The notes beneath the pieces were generated by a model that was not told the origin of the DNA, did not search any database, and saw nothing but the letters and a program-made list of their open reading frames with translations. From NCBI GenBank assembly GCA_040756235.1, contig JBFLZG010000098.1:1-17004 (forward strand): a DNA stretch of 17,004 bases, given 5' to 3'. Of this stretch, positions 15,714 to 17,004 are shown one piece after another. Every line of letters begins with the position of its first letter. Positions within the stretch are counted from its first letter, which is position 1. This stretch comes from a bacterium. Lineage in GTDB: Bacteria; Desulfobacterota; DSWW01. The translations under genes were made by a program, and so were the position numbers.

Positions 15714-16562
15714 TTATTCGCCCCTCTGGATCTCTTCCTTGCGCCGCCTGCGGCGCCAGAGGGTGATCGCGGCCGCCGGCGGAAGCAGCATGGAAAAGAC
15801 GTTGAAGCCTTCCGAGATCTCACGGTCTTGATCGGCGATGCTCGAAGCTTCCGCCGAGTCCGGCGCGCCCCAGGACTCGGCGTCCTCGGCCGGGACCGTC
15901 ACCTCGACCGGCCCGTGCATCGCGCTCGCCCCGCTGTTCTCCACCTCCTCCAGCTTGTAGAACCAGGTGCTCCCGGGCTCGAGCGCGGAGGCGTCCAGGA
16001 AGGAGTAGGAAGCGCCCTGGGTCGCGCCGCCTTCGGCCGGGATCAGGGACTCGTTGACCTTGCTGTACTCGCCGTCCGCCGCAGCGCTGCGCCAGACGTT
16101 GAAGCCGGCCGTCTCCACCTCGGAGGCGGTCTCCCACTTGACGAGCACGCCCTCTTCCGTCGCCTCTGCGACAAAAGAGGCGAGCTCCACGAGGGTGGAA
16201 CTCTGGACGGTGGGAGCCGGCGCCAGAGCCGTGCAGCACTCCACTCCCCAGCCGGTGGAGGGCGGGGTGTCGCCGGCATCGTCGGTATAGTAGTAGGTCT
16301 CCCACCAGTCGGTGTCCCAGATCTCCCAGCGGTCGTAGTACCAGTTATTAAAGCGCAGCTCGAAATCCGTACCCGAAAGGACGTATCTAGGCCTCCCATT
16401 GTAGGTGCCGCTCTCGACGTAGACGCCGTTGACCGCCGCGCTGCCCGCGCCGCTCACCTGGTAGTCTGCCGCGGGGAGCGCCTCCGGCGAGAGAAATTCC
16501 AGGACGGCGGTGAAAACGATGGCGAGGAAGAGGGGCCTGCCTGATCCGATCGCGCTTTTCAT
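15714..16562 (-). CDS. Secreted/surface protein: signal peptide, aromatic-rich domain, 'TLVELASF' FN3/Ig-like domain, C-terminal hydrophobic + poly-Arg tail
   Basis: ATG at 16562 with GGAGG SD. Hydrophobic N-terminus; TLVELASFVAEATEEGVLVKWETASEVETAGFNVWRS...YSFLD...FYKLEEVENSG...HGPV; tail FNVFSMLLPPAAAITLWRRRRRK. Confidence 0.85.
   Translation of the reverse strand: MKSAIGSGRPLFLAIVFTAVLEFLSPEALPAADYQVSGAGSAAVNGVYVESGTYNGRPRYVLSGTDFELRFNNWYYDRWEIWDTDWWETYYYTDDAGDTPPSTGWGVECCTALAPAPTVQSSTLVELASFVAEATEEGVLVKWETASEVETAGFNVWRSAAADGEYSKVNESLIPAEGGATQGASYSFLDASALEPGSTWFYKLEEVENSGASAMHGPVEVTVPAEDAESWGAPDSAEASSIADQDREISEGFNVFSMLLPPAAAITLWRRRRRKEEIQRGE
15746..15801. repeat. 56-bp direct repeat, copy 1 (encodes C-terminal tail VFSMLLPPAAAITLWRRR)
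   Basis: 50/56 identical to 16673-16728 by manual alignment. Confidence 0.9.
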
Positions 16563-16655
16563 GGGTTTTCCTCCACTTTGAGAGACAAGACTCCAGGCCA
16601 TCCAGGAGAGACCTCTCCCGGGCGCCTCCGGAAGGAAGATGGGCCGGTATTCCCC

Positions 16656-16865
16656 TTATGACTTTCCCTTCTGCCTGCGGCGCCAGAGGGCGATGGCGGC
16701 AGCGGGCGGGAGTAGCATGGAAAAGACGAGATTCCCGATCACCCCCCGGTTCACGATCTTTTCCAGGTTCGGCATCCTGCCGGGGTCGAGCAGAGGATGG
16801 ATGACCTTCCAGTCGGCTGCGTCCCAGCCGATGAAGAGGATCTTTTCTGCGAGCGCGCCGGCCAT
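16656..16865 (-). pseudogene. Chimeric remnant: N-terminus of an alkaline-phosphatase-superfamily phosphodiesterase fused in frame to the C-terminal tail
   Basis: KILFIGWDAADWKVIHPLLDPGRMPNLEKIVNRGVIGNL is the typical start of type I phosphodiesterase/AlkP proteins. It switches abruptly at 16729/16728 to VFSMLLPPAAAIALWRRRQK and a stop codon. Confidence 0.75.
16673..16728. repeat. 56-bp direct repeat, copy 2 (encodes VFSMLLPPAAAIALWRRR)
   Basis: 50/56 identical to 15746-15801; 5 of the 6 differences are synonymous third-position changes. Confidence 0.9.
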
Positions 16866-16903
16866 GAAAAGGCTAGCCCTGCCCGTTCCCCACATCTAGG
16901 TAC

Positions 16904-16932
16904 TGGACAAAATTCTCCACGCTGTGTATTCT
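16904..16932 (+). promoter_or_regulatory. Putative sigma70 promoter for a leaderless ORF
   Basis: TGGACA (16904-16909), 17 bp spacer, TATTCT (16927-16932); ATG 6 bp downstream at 16939 with no SD. Confidence 0.5.
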
Positions 16933-16938
16933 CGCGGC

Positions 16939-17004
16939 ATGGAACCTCAGAACCAAATCAAGCGGGCCTTGTGCAGCCCTGATGGGCTCGGGCAGGTCCG
17001 CCGG
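16939..17004 (+). CDS. 5' end of an ORF running off the window, possibly an IS4-family transposase
   Basis: MEPQNQIKRALCSPDGLGQVRR is open to the window end. The QNQIKR.L start resembles, from memory only, the N-terminus of long DUF4338-containing IS4-family transposases. Only 22 codons are visible. Confidence 0.4.
   Translation, partial: MEPQNQIKRALCSPDGLGQVRR

Noticed and set aside
12628..15831. 1067-aa plus-strand ORF
   Set aside because: Antisense shadow of the C25 gene with no recognisable motifs; long antisense ORFs are expected in high-GC coding DNA.
1..17004. CRISPR array, tRNA or rRNA genes
   Set aside because: No regularly spaced repeats or recognisable structural RNA sequences seen.

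Overview
High-GC bacterial window; the gene content suggests an anaerobic deltaproteobacterium/Desulfobacterota-like organism (inference). The left half (1-8.9 kb) holds a palindromic MITE/REP-like element, an OYE-family flavin oxidoreductase, a small 2x[4Fe-4S] ferredoxin, a SnoaL-like protein, argC, an enoyl-CoA hydratase, a Cys-less DUF442/PTP-like protein, a MauG-like di-heme enzyme with a Gly/Met-rich insert, and a coupled NMT1/SsuA-type binding protein plus HisKA_3 kinase. The right half (9.1-16.9 kb) is the most interesting part. A tightly coupled minus-strand operon encodes a secreted protein with a 'TLVELASF' beta-domain and a C-terminal hydrophobic/poly-Arg tail, a PorU-like C25 (gingipain) cysteine peptidase lacking a T9SS CTD, an S24/S26 peptidase-nucleotidyltransferase fusion and an ABC-2 exporter. 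It converges on a stand-alone PqqD/RRE gene. This looks like a candidate undescribed surface-protein sorting/anchoring system linked to RiPP-type machinery. A chimeric remnant carries a second, synonymously diverged copy of the C-terminal tail, and a probable IS transposase starts at the right edge. All family calls come from motif recognition by eye; no searches were run.
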